A stretch of DNA of 64,000 nucleotides from NCBI GenBank assembly GCA_040754075.1, contig JBFMDH010000006.1:102285-166284 (forward strand), written 5' to 3'. Shown here one piece after another: positions 19,319 to 29,623 of this stretch. Each line of letters opens with the position of its first letter. The stretch's first letter is position 1. This DNA is from Acidobacteriota bacterium (GTDB lineage: Bacteria > Acidobacteriota > Blastocatellia > UBA7656). Under the pieces are notes generated by a model, which was not told the DNA's origin, ran no database searches, and saw only the letters and a program-made list of their open reading frames with translations. A program made the position numbers and the translations under genes.

Positions 19319-21469
19319 ATGTTAAAACTCGTTTGGCTTATACCCGTCTTACCCCTCATCGGCTTTTTAATCAATTTCATTCTCGGCAAAAAGCTTGCCC
19401 TCAGCGAAAAGGCTGTCTCTGTAATTGCCTGCGGCGTCATTCTGTTGTCGCTGTTGCTGACCATTGGGGCGTTTTTTGACTACAAGTACAACTTCAATCC
19501 GCAGAATGAAACCAAGCCTTATGTGACGAGTCGCGAAGGCGGCTTTGGCTTCACCTGGATGCCCGGCGGTCGCGCCCATCAAACGCAAGGTGAAGAAGCG
19601 GGAAAGCTTGCGAATTTCAACATCGAGTGGAGCTATCAAATTGACCAACTGTCGCTGGTGATGATGTTCGTCGTCACCTTTGTTGGTTTTTTGATTCACG
19701 TCTTTGCCACCGGGTATATGCACGGCGACACCGGATTTTATCGCTTTTTCGCTTACCTCAATCTGTTTATGTTCATGATGCTTCTGCTGGTGATGGGGTC
19801 GAACTTCATGATTATGTTCATCGGCTGGGAAGGCGTAGGGCTTTGTTCGTATCTGCTCATCGGTTACTACATCAATAAACAGGAAGCGGGCGACGCTGCA
19901 AAGAAGGCTTTCGTCGTCAACCGCATCGGCGATTTCGGTTTTGCGCTGGCAATTATGGGGGCGTTTGCCACTTTCGGCACTTTGCAATTCGATGAGATGG
20001 CGCGCGTGGCAAGCGCCTATCATGTGGAAGCGTTTGGCGCATTTGGACTGATGAGTTGGCTGGCGCTTGGACTGTTTATCGGCGCGACCGGTAAGAGCGC
20101 GCAGATTCCGCTCTATATCTGGTTGCCGGATGCAATGGCAGGTCCCACGCCCGTATCGGCGCTGATTCATGCGGCAACGATGGTGACGGCAGGCGTGTTT
20201 ATGGTGACGCGCACCAATTTTATTTTTCAACGCTCCGGGACAATGATGGCGGTCGTTGCCATCGTCGGCTGCGCGACGGCACTGGTTGCGGCAACCATCG
20301 GCATCACGCAAACCGACATTAAAAAAGTGCTGGCTTATTCGACGGTCTCGCAACTCGGCTATATGTTCTTAGGCGCAGGCGTCGGCGCATTCATTGCGGC
20401 AATTTTCCACGTCTTCACACACGCCTTTTTCAAAGCCCTGCTTTTCCTCGGCTCCGGTTCAGTGATTCACGGCATGCATCATGAACAGGAGATGCCGAAA
20501 ATGGGCGGTTTGAAAAAATATATGCCCACGACCTACAAAACCATGCTGATGGGATGGTTGGCGATTTGCGGCATTCCGATTTGGGCAGGCTTCTTCTCGA
20601 AAGACGAAATTCTCTGGAGCACCTTCAATTCGCACATCTTCGGCGGCGCAAAAGTTTTATGGATTATCGGCTTGATTACTGCTGGCATCACTGCCTTCTA
20701 TATGACGCGGTTGATGACGCTGACCTTTGAAGGCGAAGAGCGATTTAGAAAAAACCCTGATGCGCATTCAGCGCACGGACATGATGGGCATGGTCATCAC
20801 GGCACATTTGAACCGCACGAATCGCCGCAGAGCATGACTGTGCCGCTCATTGTGCTGGCGTTCTTTTCGACTTTCGTCGGACTTCTGGGCATTCCGCACT
20901 ACAGCGCCTTCGAGCATTGGCTTGAACCGGTGATGGATAAACCGCACGGAGCGGAAGCTGCGCATGGCAGTTTCGGGCTTGAGGTGGGGCTGATGATTGT
21001 ATCGGTTGCCGTAGCCGTTATTGGCATCTATCTGGCGCGACAATTTTATTTGAACAGACCGCAACTTGCCGAAGAGTGGACGAAGCGTTTACAACCGCTC
21101 TACAAACTCAGTTTCAATAAGTGGTATTGGGACTGGCTGCTGGATGTAAAAGGCGTCGAAGCAGGCAAGTCCGTAAACAACGCGCTCTGGAAAGTTGATG
21201 CGGCAGTCGTTGACGGTGGTGTCAACGGCGCGGGGGCGCTGACGCGCATCTGGGCGCGCATCAGCAACCTCTGGGACAAGTATGTGGTTGATTTATTAGT
21301 GAACGCCACCGGCTGGACATCGAAAGCCGGTTCGATTGTTCTGAGAACCGTGCAGACCGGATTCTGGCAAAATTACGCGCTGGTGTTCGCGCTTGGCGTT
21401 TTGATTATTCTGGGATTTTATGTTTTCCCGGCAATATCAACGACCTTTAGAGCTTTATTTGGGAAGTAA
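19319..21469 (+). CDS. nuoL: NADH-quinone oxidoreductase subunit L
   Basis: 716 aa with the conserved antiporter-like core and a long C-terminal horizontal helix region. Confidence 0.9.
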   Translation: MLKLVWLIPVLPLIGFLINFILGKKLALSEKAVSVIACGVILLSLLLTIGAFFDYKYNFNPQNETKPYVTSREGGFGFTWMPGGRAHQTQGEEAGKLANFNIEWSYQIDQLSLVMMFVVTFVGFLIHVFATGYMHGDTGFYRFFAYLNLFMFMMLLLVMGSNFMIMFIGWEGVGLCSYLLIGYYINKQEAGDAAKKAFVVNRIGDFGFALAIMGAFATFGTLQFDEMARVASAYHVEAFGAFGLMSWLALGLFIGATGKSAQIPLYIWLPDAMAGPTPVSALIHAATMVTAGVFMVTRTNFIFQRSGTMMAVVAIVGCATALVAATIGITQTDIKKVLAYSTVSQLGYMFLGAGVGAFIAAIFHVFTHAFFKALLFLGSGSVIHGMHHEQEMPKMGGLKKYMPTTYKTMLMGWLAICGIPIWAGFFSKDEILWSTFNSHIFGGAKVLWIIGLITAGITAFYMTRLMTLTFEGEERFRKNPDAHSAHGHDGHGHHGTFEPHESPQSMTVPLIVLAFFSTFVGLLGIPHYSAFEHWLEPVMDKPHGAEAAHGSFGLEVGLMIVSVAVAVIGIYLARQFYLNRPQLAEEWTKRLQPLYKLSFNKWYWDWLLDVKGVEAGKSVNNALWKVDAAVVDGGVNGAGALTRIWARISNLWDKYVVDLLVNATGWTSKAGSIVLRTVQTGFWQNYALVFALGVLIILGFYVFPAISTTFRALFGK

Positions 21470-21478
21470 AAGTTTTTA

Positions 21479-21545
21479 CCACAGAGACACCGAGGCACAG
21501 AGATAAAAATATAATTTCTTCTCTGTGTCTCGGTGCCTCTGTGGT
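21479..21545. repeat. Hairpin with 8-nt tandem units CACAGAGA/CACCGAGG; 25-bp arms with one mismatch
   Basis: ACCACAGAGACACCGAGGCACAGAG ... CTCTGTGTCTCGGTGCCTCTGTGGT. Confidence 0.85.
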
Positions 21546-21578
21546 TATCCATAAATCTATTCTCTCTCAGGAGATGGC

Positions 21579-23357
21579 ATGAAGAACATTCTTTCATTAA
21601 CGACCTGGCTGCCGACCATCGGCGCAATCATTCTGCTCTTTTTCAACAAATCGAAAAACGATGCGATTCGCTGGTTTGCCAATATCTGGATGGGGCTTTG
21701 CTTTTTAATCTCTATCCCCATCATCACAGGCTATGACAAAGGGCTTGGTGGGTTACAATTCATCGAAGATTACGACTGGATTCCACTGATCGGCGCGCGT
21801 TATCAACTCGGCGTCGACGGACTCACGGTGACGTTGATTATTTTAACGACCTTGCTCGGCGTGATTGCGGCGGTCTGTTCGTGGTCTTATATACGCGAAA
21901 AAGGGCGCGAGAAAGAATACTACATCATGCTCTTGTTGTTGCAGACCGGCATGATTGGCGCGTTCGTTGCGGCAGACCTGTTCCTGTTTTTCATCTTCTG
22001 GGAAGTGATGCTGGTGCCGATGTACTTTCTGATTGGCATCTGGGGCGGCAAAAATCGCCTCTATTCGGCAATCAAATTTTTCCTCTACACACTGGTCGGT
22101 TCCGTGCTGATGTTGCTTGCGGTTTTAAAACTCTATTTCGTGTTTCCCGAAGTCGTAAAAGCGCAACTTGAACCGACGCGAGTAACCGCTATGCAATACG
22201 CCACCAATCAGGCGACCGGCAGAGTTAATGATGGCATGATGAAGATGGTTGAGGATGCCCTCAAGCGCGCACAAGGCATAGACCCCTCGGATGCAAGCGG
22301 CAAAAAATCCCTGCCCACAAGTCATGTCCGCTCGTCGTTTAACATTGCGGCGCTGACGGCAATCGGGCCACACATCAAAACGGTTTATGGCGTGAGCGTG
22401 GTTATCTGGATGTTTTTAGGGTTTGCCATTTCCTTTGCGATTAAGGTGCCGATGTTTCCCTTCCACACCTGGTTGCCGGACGCCCACTATGACGCGCCGA
22501 CTGCCGGGTCAGTTATTCTGGCGGGGGTGTTGCTGAAGATGGGAACTTACGGTTTTATGCGATTTTCCTTGCCGATATTTCCCGATGCCGCAACCCATCC
22601 GACGGTCAGAGCGTGGGTGATTGTGCTGGCGATTGTCGGCATCATTTACGGCGCGCTGGTCGCAATGGCGCAAAAAGATGTGAAGAAATTGGTCGCTTAT
22701 TCGTCCGTCTCGCACCTGGGCTTTGTGATGCTCGGACTGTTTGCCTTGAACCCGAACGGCATCAATGGCGCGGTGATGCAGATGATCAATCACGGCATTT
22801 CAACCGGCGCGCTCTTCATGCTTGCGGGTATTTTGTACGAACGCCGCCACACTTATGAGATTGCCGAATTCGGCGGACTGGCAAGCGTGATGCCGACCTA
22901 TTCGACGATCTTTTTAATCGTTACGCTGTCCTCACTTGGTTTGCCATTGATGAACAATTTCATCGGCGAGTTTTTGGTTTTAAGAGGCGCGTTTGAAGCC
23001 AATGTTTACTGGGGCGCGCTTGCCACAGTCGGCATTATTTTAGGCGCGGCGTATATGCTGTGGCTCTATCAACGGGTGTTTTTCGGCGAAGTGAAAAACG
23101 ACCACAACCGGGAGTTACCGGATATGAATGCGCGTGAAGCGTGGCAATTTGCGCCGCTCATCTTTTTGATTTTCTTCATCGGCATCTATCCGAAACCGGT
23201 GCTCGATTTCATCAATCCGCAAACCGAAGCGGTGGTCGCGCAAGTTTACCCGGACTATTTCAAACCGGCTGCTCAACCTGCGGTGGCAAAAGAAAAAATG
23301 GAAGGGCAAACCGGCGAAGAAGAAAAAGTTGCGCCCAAAGCCGGTGAGTCGCATTAA
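21579..23357 (+). CDS. nuoM: NADH-quinone oxidoreductase subunit M with a roughly 75-aa internal insertion
   Basis: Conserved NuoM core. The insertion spans approximately residues 185-260. Confidence 0.9.
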   Translation: MKNILSLTTWLPTIGAIILLFFNKSKNDAIRWFANIWMGLCFLISIPIITGYDKGLGGLQFIEDYDWIPLIGARYQLGVDGLTVTLIILTTLLGVIAAVCSWSYIREKGREKEYYIMLLLLQTGMIGAFVAADLFLFFIFWEVMLVPMYFLIGIWGGKNRLYSAIKFFLYTLVGSVLMLLAVLKLYFVFPEVVKAQLEPTRVTAMQYATNQATGRVNDGMMKMVEDALKRAQGIDPSDASGKKSLPTSHVRSSFNIAALTAIGPHIKTVYGVSVVIWMFLGFAISFAIKVPMFPFHTWLPDAHYDAPTAGSVILAGVLLKMGTYGFMRFSLPIFPDAATHPTVRAWVIVLAIVGIIYGALVAMAQKDVKKLVAYSSVSHLGFVMLGLFALNPNGINGAVMQMINHGISTGALFMLAGILYERRHTYEIAEFGGLASVMPTYSTIFLIVTLSSLGLPLMNNFIGEFLVLRGAFEANVYWGALATVGIILGAAYMLWLYQRVFFGEVKNDHNRELPDMNAREAWQFAPLIFLIFFIGIYPKPVLDFINPQTEAVVAQVYPDYFKPAAQPAVAKEKMEGQTGEEEKVAPKAGESH

Positions 23358-23459
23358 TCGTCTGAGAGTTTGTACCACCCCTGGTTAGCGGGCGGGTTCT
23401 CTCGATATAACGCAGCACGACAGGGCGGCATTTACCGCCTTTCTTACAAAAGAAAAACC

Positions 23460-25124
23460 ATGATCTTAGCACTTCTACAAACAACGGTTGATCTCTCAGC
23501 CATCGCCAAACAAACCACACAGTTGCTCATGCCCGAAGTGATTTTGATTCTCTTCGCTTGCGGCGCGCTGGTTCTCGATGTGTTGTTGCCGCGCGGGCAA
23601 AAACGCGCCGTCGCGTGGTTGAGCCTTGGCGGATTGGGCGTGTCGCTGGTCTCGTTAATCCTTCTCTACGCAGATGTCTTATCCCAGGGCGGCGCGCGCA
23701 AAGGTTTCTTTGACATGATTGTCATTGATACCTATGGCTTCGTTTTCAAAGTGATATTCATCATCGGAGCCATCATCTCTATTTTGCTGTCGATTCGCTA
23801 TCTCGACGAAGAAGGCGAGCAACGCGGCGAATATTATTCGCTGATTCTGTTTTCCGTAGTTGGCATGATGTTTATGGCATCGGGCGCGGATTTACTCAGT
23901 CTGTTTATCGCCCTTGAACTGATGGCGATTTCGATTTACATCCTGGTCGGTTATTTGCGCCGTAGCGAAAAATCGAATGAAGCGGCAATGAAATATTTTC
24001 TACTTGGCGCATTTTCATCCGGCATTCTGCTCTATGGCATTTCACTGGTCTACGGCATGACCGGCACCACCAACCTTGCCAACATCGCCGCCGCGCTGCC
24101 GACGGTTATCAGTAAAAGTTATGCGCCGCTCGGCACGGTTGCCGATATGCGTTATCTGGTGTTGATGTCCATGATTTTGATGGCAGCCGGGATGTTCTTT
24201 AAAGTTGCAGCAGTGCCTTTTCATATGTGGGCACCCGACGCTTACGAAGGCGCGCCGACGTCGGTCACAGCGTTCATGTCGGTTGCTGTGAAAGCCGCAA
24301 GTTTCGCCATGTTCGGGCGCATCTTCCTTTATGGCTTATCGGATATTCGCGGCGCGATTGCGGGCAATGCCGCAAATAATATTCCGGGGCTTCCCGGCTG
24401 GTGGGCGTTGATGAGCGTGGTCGCTGCCATCACTATCGTCTGGGGAAATCTTGCGGCGCTGACGCAAAACAACACTAAACGATTGCTCGCTTATTCATCG
24501 ATTTCACACGCGGGCTACACGTTGCTCGGTATGATTGCCGGCAATCGCACGGGCTACACCGGGTTTGTGATTTATCTGTTCATTTACACGTTAATGAACC
24601 TGGGGGTTTTCGGGTGCATCATCGCGCTGCGCCGTCAAGGGGTGATTGGCGACCAGATGGAAGACCTCAACGGACTCATCAAAAAATCGCCGTGGCTCAC
24701 GGTGATGATGACGATCTTTCTGTTATCGCTTGGCGGCATTCCGCCGACCGCGGGGTTCATCGGCAAGTTCTATCTGTTTGCCGGGCTTATTGAAACCGGC
24801 AACCCCTGGCTTGTGCGTCTGGCAATCCTTGCGGTGCTGATGAGCGCGGTGTCACTTTATTACTATCTTCGTTTCATTCGCGCGATGTATATTGATGAAG
24901 GCAAAGAGAGCGCGCCGATAGCTGCGGCAATGCCGCTCAGGGTTGCGCTGGGGGTTGCGGCAATTCTCGTCCTGTTAATCGGCATCTTCCCGCAGCGGTT
25001 GATTGATTTGACACAAAAAGCGGGAGCGGAACCGAAGACTTACATTTATGAAAAGAAGGACGCGACCGAAACCGAAAGTAAAGATGACGAGTCGGATGAG
25101 CCGATGCGTTCATCTGCAAAATAA
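23460..25124 (+). CDS. nuoN: NADH-quinone oxidoreductase subunit N
   Basis: ATG at 23460 (MILALLQTTVDLSAI..) matches the NuoN N-terminus. The upstream TTG at 23370 was rejected. Confidence 0.85.
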   Translation: MILALLQTTVDLSAIAKQTTQLLMPEVILILFACGALVLDVLLPRGQKRAVAWLSLGGLGVSLVSLILLYADVLSQGGARKGFFDMIVIDTYGFVFKVIFIIGAIISILLSIRYLDEEGEQRGEYYSLILFSVVGMMFMASGADLLSLFIALELMAISIYILVGYLRRSEKSNEAAMKYFLLGAFSSGILLYGISLVYGMTGTTNLANIAAALPTVISKSYAPLGTVADMRYLVLMSMILMAAGMFFKVAAVPFHMWAPDAYEGAPTSVTAFMSVAVKAASFAMFGRIFLYGLSDIRGAIAGNAANNIPGLPGWWALMSVVAAITIVWGNLAALTQNNTKRLLAYSSISHAGYTLLGMIAGNRTGYTGFVIYLFIYTLMNLGVFGCIIALRRQGVIGDQMEDLNGLIKKSPWLTVMMTIFLLSLGGIPPTAGFIGKFYLFAGLIETGNPWLVRLAILAVLMSAVSLYYYLRFIRAMYIDEGKESAPIAAAMPLRVALGVAAILVLLIGIFPQRLIDLTQKAGAEPKTYIYEKKDATETESKDDESDEPMRSSAK

Positions 25125-25135
25125 GCAGTAAACCG

Positions 25136-25372
25136 ATGGCAGATGATGAAGAGAAACCGAAAGATGATATCGATTGGCGGCAAGCGTTGACCACCGTCGG
25201 GCTTGCCTTTGCAATTCCCTGGATGATCGGCGTTCCAGCCTATCTTGGCTGGTTAGCAGATAAACGCTACGAAACCACTCCTCTTTGGTTTATTGTCGGC
25301 TTAATTTTAGGCTTGTTAAGCATGATAATAGACATTTACAAAATTCTTAAACGCCTCGGTCAATTCAAATAA
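25136..25372 (+). CDS. AtpZ/AtpI-like small membrane protein with two transmembrane helices
   Basis: 78 aa, acidic N-terminus, two hydrophobic helices. Confidence 0.4.
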   Translation: MADDEEKPKDDIDWRQALTTVGLAFAIPWMIGVPAYLGWLADKRYETTPLWFIVGLILGLLSMIIDIYKILKRLGQFK

Positions 25373-25413
25373 ATCAAAACATCCCACAAGAATTTGCCGA
25401 GGGTCAGTGCAGT

Positions 25414-26013
25414 TTGAATCAAGAAGCAGGTTGCCCTATGCCTACAGAAAACTATAGCAATCCCGCCCCACGAGGCGGCTGGACATACACCCAAAGTGAT
25501 GTTGATACCCTGAGAGAACACATTCAACAAACCGAAGCCGTCAAACGCCGCTGGCTTTTTTTGCTGTTGCTTTTGACCGCTGCCGCGCTCGTTGGCAGCA
25601 TCATCTGGCTTTCGACCAACTATGCCTTGTATGCCGCAAGCGAAGCGGAGAAGAAAAAACTGAGCGACGAGAATGCCGCCTTGAAAGCGCAACTCAGCAA
25701 AACCCAAAAAGAGTTGAGCGTCTATGTTGATAAAGAGAAGAAACAGACCGAAGCCGTCGATAAAGCCAAACAGAGCGTCGCGCAGATGTTGCCGGGGGCG
25801 CTTGGCGGCGTCAATGTCCCGGCGTTTGCCAAAATGGTTTACGAATCGCCCAACAGCCGCGTCGAGATGGACAACATCCCGCCAAGCAGTTTGTTTCGCA
25901 ACTGGAAGATGCCCAATGAAGCGGGCGGCGTTGATGTCTATACACTCGTAGGCGGCAACGTCAGCGGCAAATGGGTAATCTATTCCAACCTGATTTCCAA
26001 ACAAGCGCAGTGA
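25414..26013 (+). CDS. Hypothetical membrane-anchored coiled-coil protein
   Basis: One transmembrane helix and a Lys/Glu-rich coiled coil. No known domain. Confidence 0.45.
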   Translation: MNQEAGCPMPTENYSNPAPRGGWTYTQSDVDTLREHIQQTEAVKRRWLFLLLLLTAAALVGSIIWLSTNYALYAASEAEKKKLSDENAALKAQLSKTQKELSVYVDKEKKQTEAVDKAKQSVAQMLPGALGGVNVPAFAKMVYESPNSRVEMDNIPPSSLFRNWKMPNEAGGVDVYTLVGGNVSGKWVIYSNLISKQAQ

Positions 26014-26040
26014 GCATCTTTATAGCGGTCAACACACTAA

Positions 26041-26100
26041 CTGAGGAAGCGGTCTTTGACCGCGTTATCCTGTAAATCGCGGTCAAAGACCGCTTCCTCA
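26041..26100. repeat. REP-like element, near-perfect inverted pair
   Basis: CTGAGGAAGCGGTCTTTGACCGCG ... CGCGGTCAAAGACCGCTTCCTCA. Confidence 0.85.
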
Positions 26101-26170
26101 ATAGACTGAACACATAAATTGCCAAGTGCTATAGCCTCACCAAGTTTTAAAAATATCAAATCCCCCATTT

Positions 26171-27415
26171 TTACTTCGCTGTAGATACTTTTAATATCGC
26201 AGTGCGAACACGCGCCGGTTGCGTTGGGTCAGTCCACGCAAAAATAATCTCATCTTTAAGCGCGGCGATTTGTGGAAAGCCGCTCGCGCGCGCGCCGCTC
26301 GTGGCGCTCACGATAATGCTTGCGCTCGTCTTGCCGCCTGGCTCGATGCGTTTGGCGCGAATCTCGGTTTGCTTTTCGGTATTCTCCAGCCACACCACAA
26401 ATGCCGAGCCATCCGCAAGCAAAACCACTTCGACACGACCTGCGGGTCTGCCGTCATCAACCTGAACCGGCGCTTTGAAGGTCGCCCCTGCGTCATCGGA
26501 AAATGCAAGTTTTACGCGCCCCTGCTCATTTACGCCGGTGAACCACGCGACCGCAACCCGTTTGCCTGATGCCGTAATCGAAGGACCGTTGACCGGGCAA
26601 CCGTTGATTTTCCAGTTGTCGGCGTAAACGCTTTTCGGCTGTGTCCATTTGCCTTTGACGAAACGCGCTATCGAAATATCGCGCACCTCATCGTTTGACC
26701 GGTCACGATAGGCGACAATCAAACCTTCTGAAGTCACTGCCGCAGAGGTCTGACAACACTCGCAGGCGCGTCCGTCAATCTCGCTCTCATCCGATAGTTT
26801 GCCGTCCCGCCCAATCGTCGCATAACGCAAGGTCATTTCATTCATTGAAGCTGTATGCGCGTCGTGCCCGTGCCCGTCACTTTTGAATTTGCGCCCGTCC
26901 AGCCAGATGGCTGCGGCGCGACTTTCGGAAAGCGGTAACAAGGAAACAAATCCATGTTCGGTTGCGGTGGCGTCTTTATGCGGGGTAAACGGTTTGCTCC
27001 AGCTTTTGCCACCGTCGCTTGAACGCGCGATATTGACATCATAGGCAAAGGTATCTTTGCTGCTTTTAACCAGCCAGTGAGCGACAAGCGTACCGTCATC
27101 GAGCGCCACCAGCGAAGGAAAATCCGCCCAGTTGACGAACCAGTTTGCGCCTTCAGCAATGGTTTGCCCCATCGTCCATTGGTTCTTTTCATAAATGGAA
27201 AACTTCAATGCATGGCGGCTGTCGGCGAGTTTTTCAATCCAGCTTAAATAGATGCGCCCGTCACGCGCCGCAAACAGATTCGGTTCGGCGGAATTTGTGG
27301 CGGCAGGCGAATCCAGCATTTGCATTTTGGCTTCCGGCATTTGCGCGAAAACAAATGGCGAAGCAATGAGAAAGTAAAAAATCAGGACGACAATATTTTT
27401 TAGACAAGGTTTCAT
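26171..27415 (-). CDS. BNR-repeat (sialidase-like) secreted beta-propeller glycoside hydrolase family protein
   Basis: Signal peptide starting at MKPCL, and an SSDGGKSWS BNR motif. Confidence 0.5.
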   Translation of the reverse strand: MKPCLKNIVVLIFYFLIASPFVFAQMPEAKMQMLDSPAATNSAEPNLFAARDGRIYLSWIEKLADSRHALKFSIYEKNQWTMGQTIAEGANWFVNWADFPSLVALDDGTLVAHWLVKSSKDTFAYDVNIARSSDGGKSWSKPFTPHKDATATEHGFVSLLPLSESRAAAIWLDGRKFKSDGHGHDAHTASMNEMTLRYATIGRDGKLSDESEIDGRACECCQTSAAVTSEGLIVAYRDRSNDEVRDISIARFVKGKWTQPKSVYADNWKINGCPVNGPSITASGKRVAVAWFTGVNEQGRVKLAFSDDAGATFKAPVQVDDGRPAGRVEVVLLADGSAFVVWLENTEKQTEIRAKRIEPGGKTSASIIVSATSGARASGFPQIAALKDEIIFAWTDPTQPARVRTAILKVSTAK

Positions 27416-27440
27416 AAATTCAGTACCCACTTTGAAATTT

Positions 27441-27818
27441 TTAAACCAGATTGATCGCCATCACTGTGCGCTGGCGTTTGCGCAGGCGACTGAACAGATT
27501 GCCGATTTTTTTCATCCAGCCATATTTTTTATCAAGCAGTTGATGACCGAGTTGTTCTTCATCGCCCGTGACGATTCGCGCCTCGGCATCAAGCCATTCG
27601 CCTTTCAAGTTGCCGCGCATATCGCAAGGCGCAAGGCGAACTTTCGGGTTATGGCGCACCCGTTTGACTTTCCACGACTCGGCTAAAGTATAAACGTAAA
27701 TCGTGCCCTGGCGTTCGGCAAACCACACAGGCGTCGGAACCCCTGTGCCATCTTTTTTAAAGGTCATCAGATTCAGATAATTTTCATTCGCAAAAGCTTT
27801 CAGCCGGTCATCGCTCAT
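27441..27818 (-). CDS. Pyridoxamine 5'-phosphate oxidase / F420-dependent split-barrel family protein
   Basis: ..TFKKDGTGVPTPVWF..GTIYVYT...KVKRVRHNPKVRL.. is typical of the family. Confidence 0.5.
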   Translation of the reverse strand: MSDDRLKAFANENYLNLMTFKKDGTGVPTPVWFAERQGTIYVYTLAESWKVKRVRHNPKVRLAPCDMRGNLKGEWLDAEARIVTGDEEQLGHQLLDKKYGWMKKIGNLFSRLRKRQRTVMAINLV

Positions 27819-28004
27819 CGGGATTGCCTCGCTTGTTTATCATCAAAAAGTGGCGACACTATAACACAACTTCGACATCTGCGTGAATGCTTGTGAACCG
27901 CCTAAATCGTGTGGTATAAGCCTCAGTGTTGTTTTGTCTCAGTCTTCTTCAGCAACCATTTAACCGGTGAATTCTAATAATGGAGTCATAACCCTCAAAT
28001 CAAC

Positions 28005-29333
28005 ATGTCAACGTTTACGCTTTTTAAATTTCTCGTAAAACCGATTACTAAAACCGTCGCTTTTGCGCAGGGTGCGGTGTCGGCGCTGTGGACGTTTCCA
28101 TCGGTGCTGGGGTCTGCGGTTTTAATCGCCTGGGCAGCCGAAGCCGCGCAATTTTTCATCTCTCAGGGGCTTGCGCTTGCCATTCTCGCGTGGTTGCAAA
28201 CCTTGCCGGAATTTGCCGTCGAAGCGGTGATTGCCTGGCAAGCCGGTAAAACCGTTCTAGCCAGTCCCGATTCGCAGGAAGCAGCGCACGCGACGGCGCT
28301 GATGACCGCAAATTTTACCGGCAGTTTAAGACTGCTGGTCGGACTCGGTTGGCCGATGATCTACGCCACGGCATCATTCTTTAAACGCAAAGGCGATGGC
28401 AATAAACTGGACGGTATTGAACTCGATGATGAACATTCGGTTGAGGTGATTTTTTTACTCGTTTGCATCCTTTACTTTTTCATCGTCTGGTGGAAAGGCA
28501 CGCTCAATTTAATCGATTCAGCGATTTTGACAATCATCTATGGTATCTATCTTTTCTTTTTAAATAAAATTCCACCGCAAAGCGAAGAGAGCGTCGAAGA
28601 CCTTGACCGCGTGCCGCGTTATATCATCGCGCAAAAACGGCTGACCCGAAATTTGCTCATTACCGGACTTTTCATTGGCGGCGGCTTGATTCTCTATTTC
28701 GCGGCACATCCGTTTCTCGAAAGCCTGAAATCCATCGCCCTCGGTTTAGGCATTTCAACCTTCGTATTCGTGCAATGGGTTGCGCCGTTTCTATCGGAAT
28801 TTCCCGAAAAGGTTTCCGCCTTCAACTGGGCGCGCAGAGTCTCTACAGCGCCGATGGCGGTGATGAATATGGTCAGTTCCAACATCAATCAATGGACGAT
28901 GCTGGTGGCAATGATTCCCATCGCTTATGTGTGGGCGCTCGGACAAAACGGCACCATTATTTTCGACCATCATCAAAGAGTTGAAATTATAATGACCATC
29001 GGGCAATCGTTGCTTGGCGCATTGCTGCTTTCCAATATGCGATTTTCATGGTGGGAAGCCCTTTTGCTATTTTTGCTGTGGCTCATACAATTTGTTTTAT
29101 CGGGTTTTGAAAAACCCCTCGATCCGGGCGTTGAACATAATGCTTTTGCCGTGCAGGTTGGCGGGCTGCTTTCCGTGAGCGCCACCGCTATAGAAAATCT
29201 GGCGCGCATCGGTAAAGAAACCATCACCATCCTCTATTTCGTGTGGGCGGGCATCTTGGTTCTTTTAGGATTGACGGGCAGAGGCTTTAGCGTATTCAAA
29301 GTCTTTCCAAAAATGATTCGCGAACACTGGTAA
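28005..29333 (+). CDS. CaCA-type cation/calcium exchanger family membrane protein
   Basis: Two alpha-repeat-like motifs (QTLPEFAVE and LSEFPEKVSA) and at least 10 transmembrane segments. Confidence 0.45.
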   Translation: MSTFTLFKFLVKPITKTVAFAQGAVSALWTFPSVLGSAVLIAWAAEAAQFFISQGLALAILAWLQTLPEFAVEAVIAWQAGKTVLASPDSQEAAHATALMTANFTGSLRLLVGLGWPMIYATASFFKRKGDGNKLDGIELDDEHSVEVIFLLVCILYFFIVWWKGTLNLIDSAILTIIYGIYLFFLNKIPPQSEESVEDLDRVPRYIIAQKRLTRNLLITGLFIGGGLILYFAAHPFLESLKSIALGLGISTFVFVQWVAPFLSEFPEKVSAFNWARRVSTAPMAVMNMVSSNINQWTMLVAMIPIAYVWALGQNGTIIFDHHQRVEIIMTIGQSLLGALLLSNMRFSWWEALLLFLLWLIQFVLSGFEKPLDPGVEHNAFAVQVGGLLSVSATAIENLARIGKETITILYFVWAGILVLLGLTGRGFSVFKVFPKMIREHW

Positions 29334-29338
29334 AAGAA

Positions 29339-29470
29339 TTTAGGATACAGGCAGAAGAAACGATGAAGGCGGAATGTTAAACGATGAACAAGGTGAAATT
29401 CTTTTTGTTCATCGTTCATCGTTCCTACTTCATACTTTCCTTTCCCTGAATCCTGAATCCTGTATCCTGA
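29339..29470. repeat. Compound hairpin: outer arms TTAGGATACAGG and (CAGGATT)x2-type tandem units, inner arms AACGATGAAC tandem units
   Basis: The reverse complement of the right arm is (TCAGGATA)(CAGGATT)(CAGGATT). The interior carries GAACGATGAACGATGAAC inverted against AACGATGAAG...AACGATGAAC. Confidence 0.65.
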
Positions 29471-29623
29471 TTCTATTGATTTTCCCTCATCAGCGGCTGC
29501 CCCTCCGGTTTGTCGTTTCATCGCTTGTTTATGCAATCCAAGCCATGATATTTCTTTATGCATTCGCGCAAGCCTCAATTAATGCGTCCCCGATATACTG
29601 ATAAGTTCTCTCGGAGGGAGTTC

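Noticed and set aside
19367-20353. 328-aa ORF on the minus strand, rich in His, Arg and Cys
   Set aside because: It is entirely antisense to the highly conserved nuoL and its composition is an artefact of the opposite-strand codon bias. It is a shadow ORF.
29558-29623. ORF-track N-terminal extension of the binding-protein gene (MHSRKPQLMRPRYTDKFSRREF..)
   Set aside because: The internal ATG at 29624 has a strong GGAGGGAG site and begins a canonical lipoprotein signal peptide. The extension has neither.
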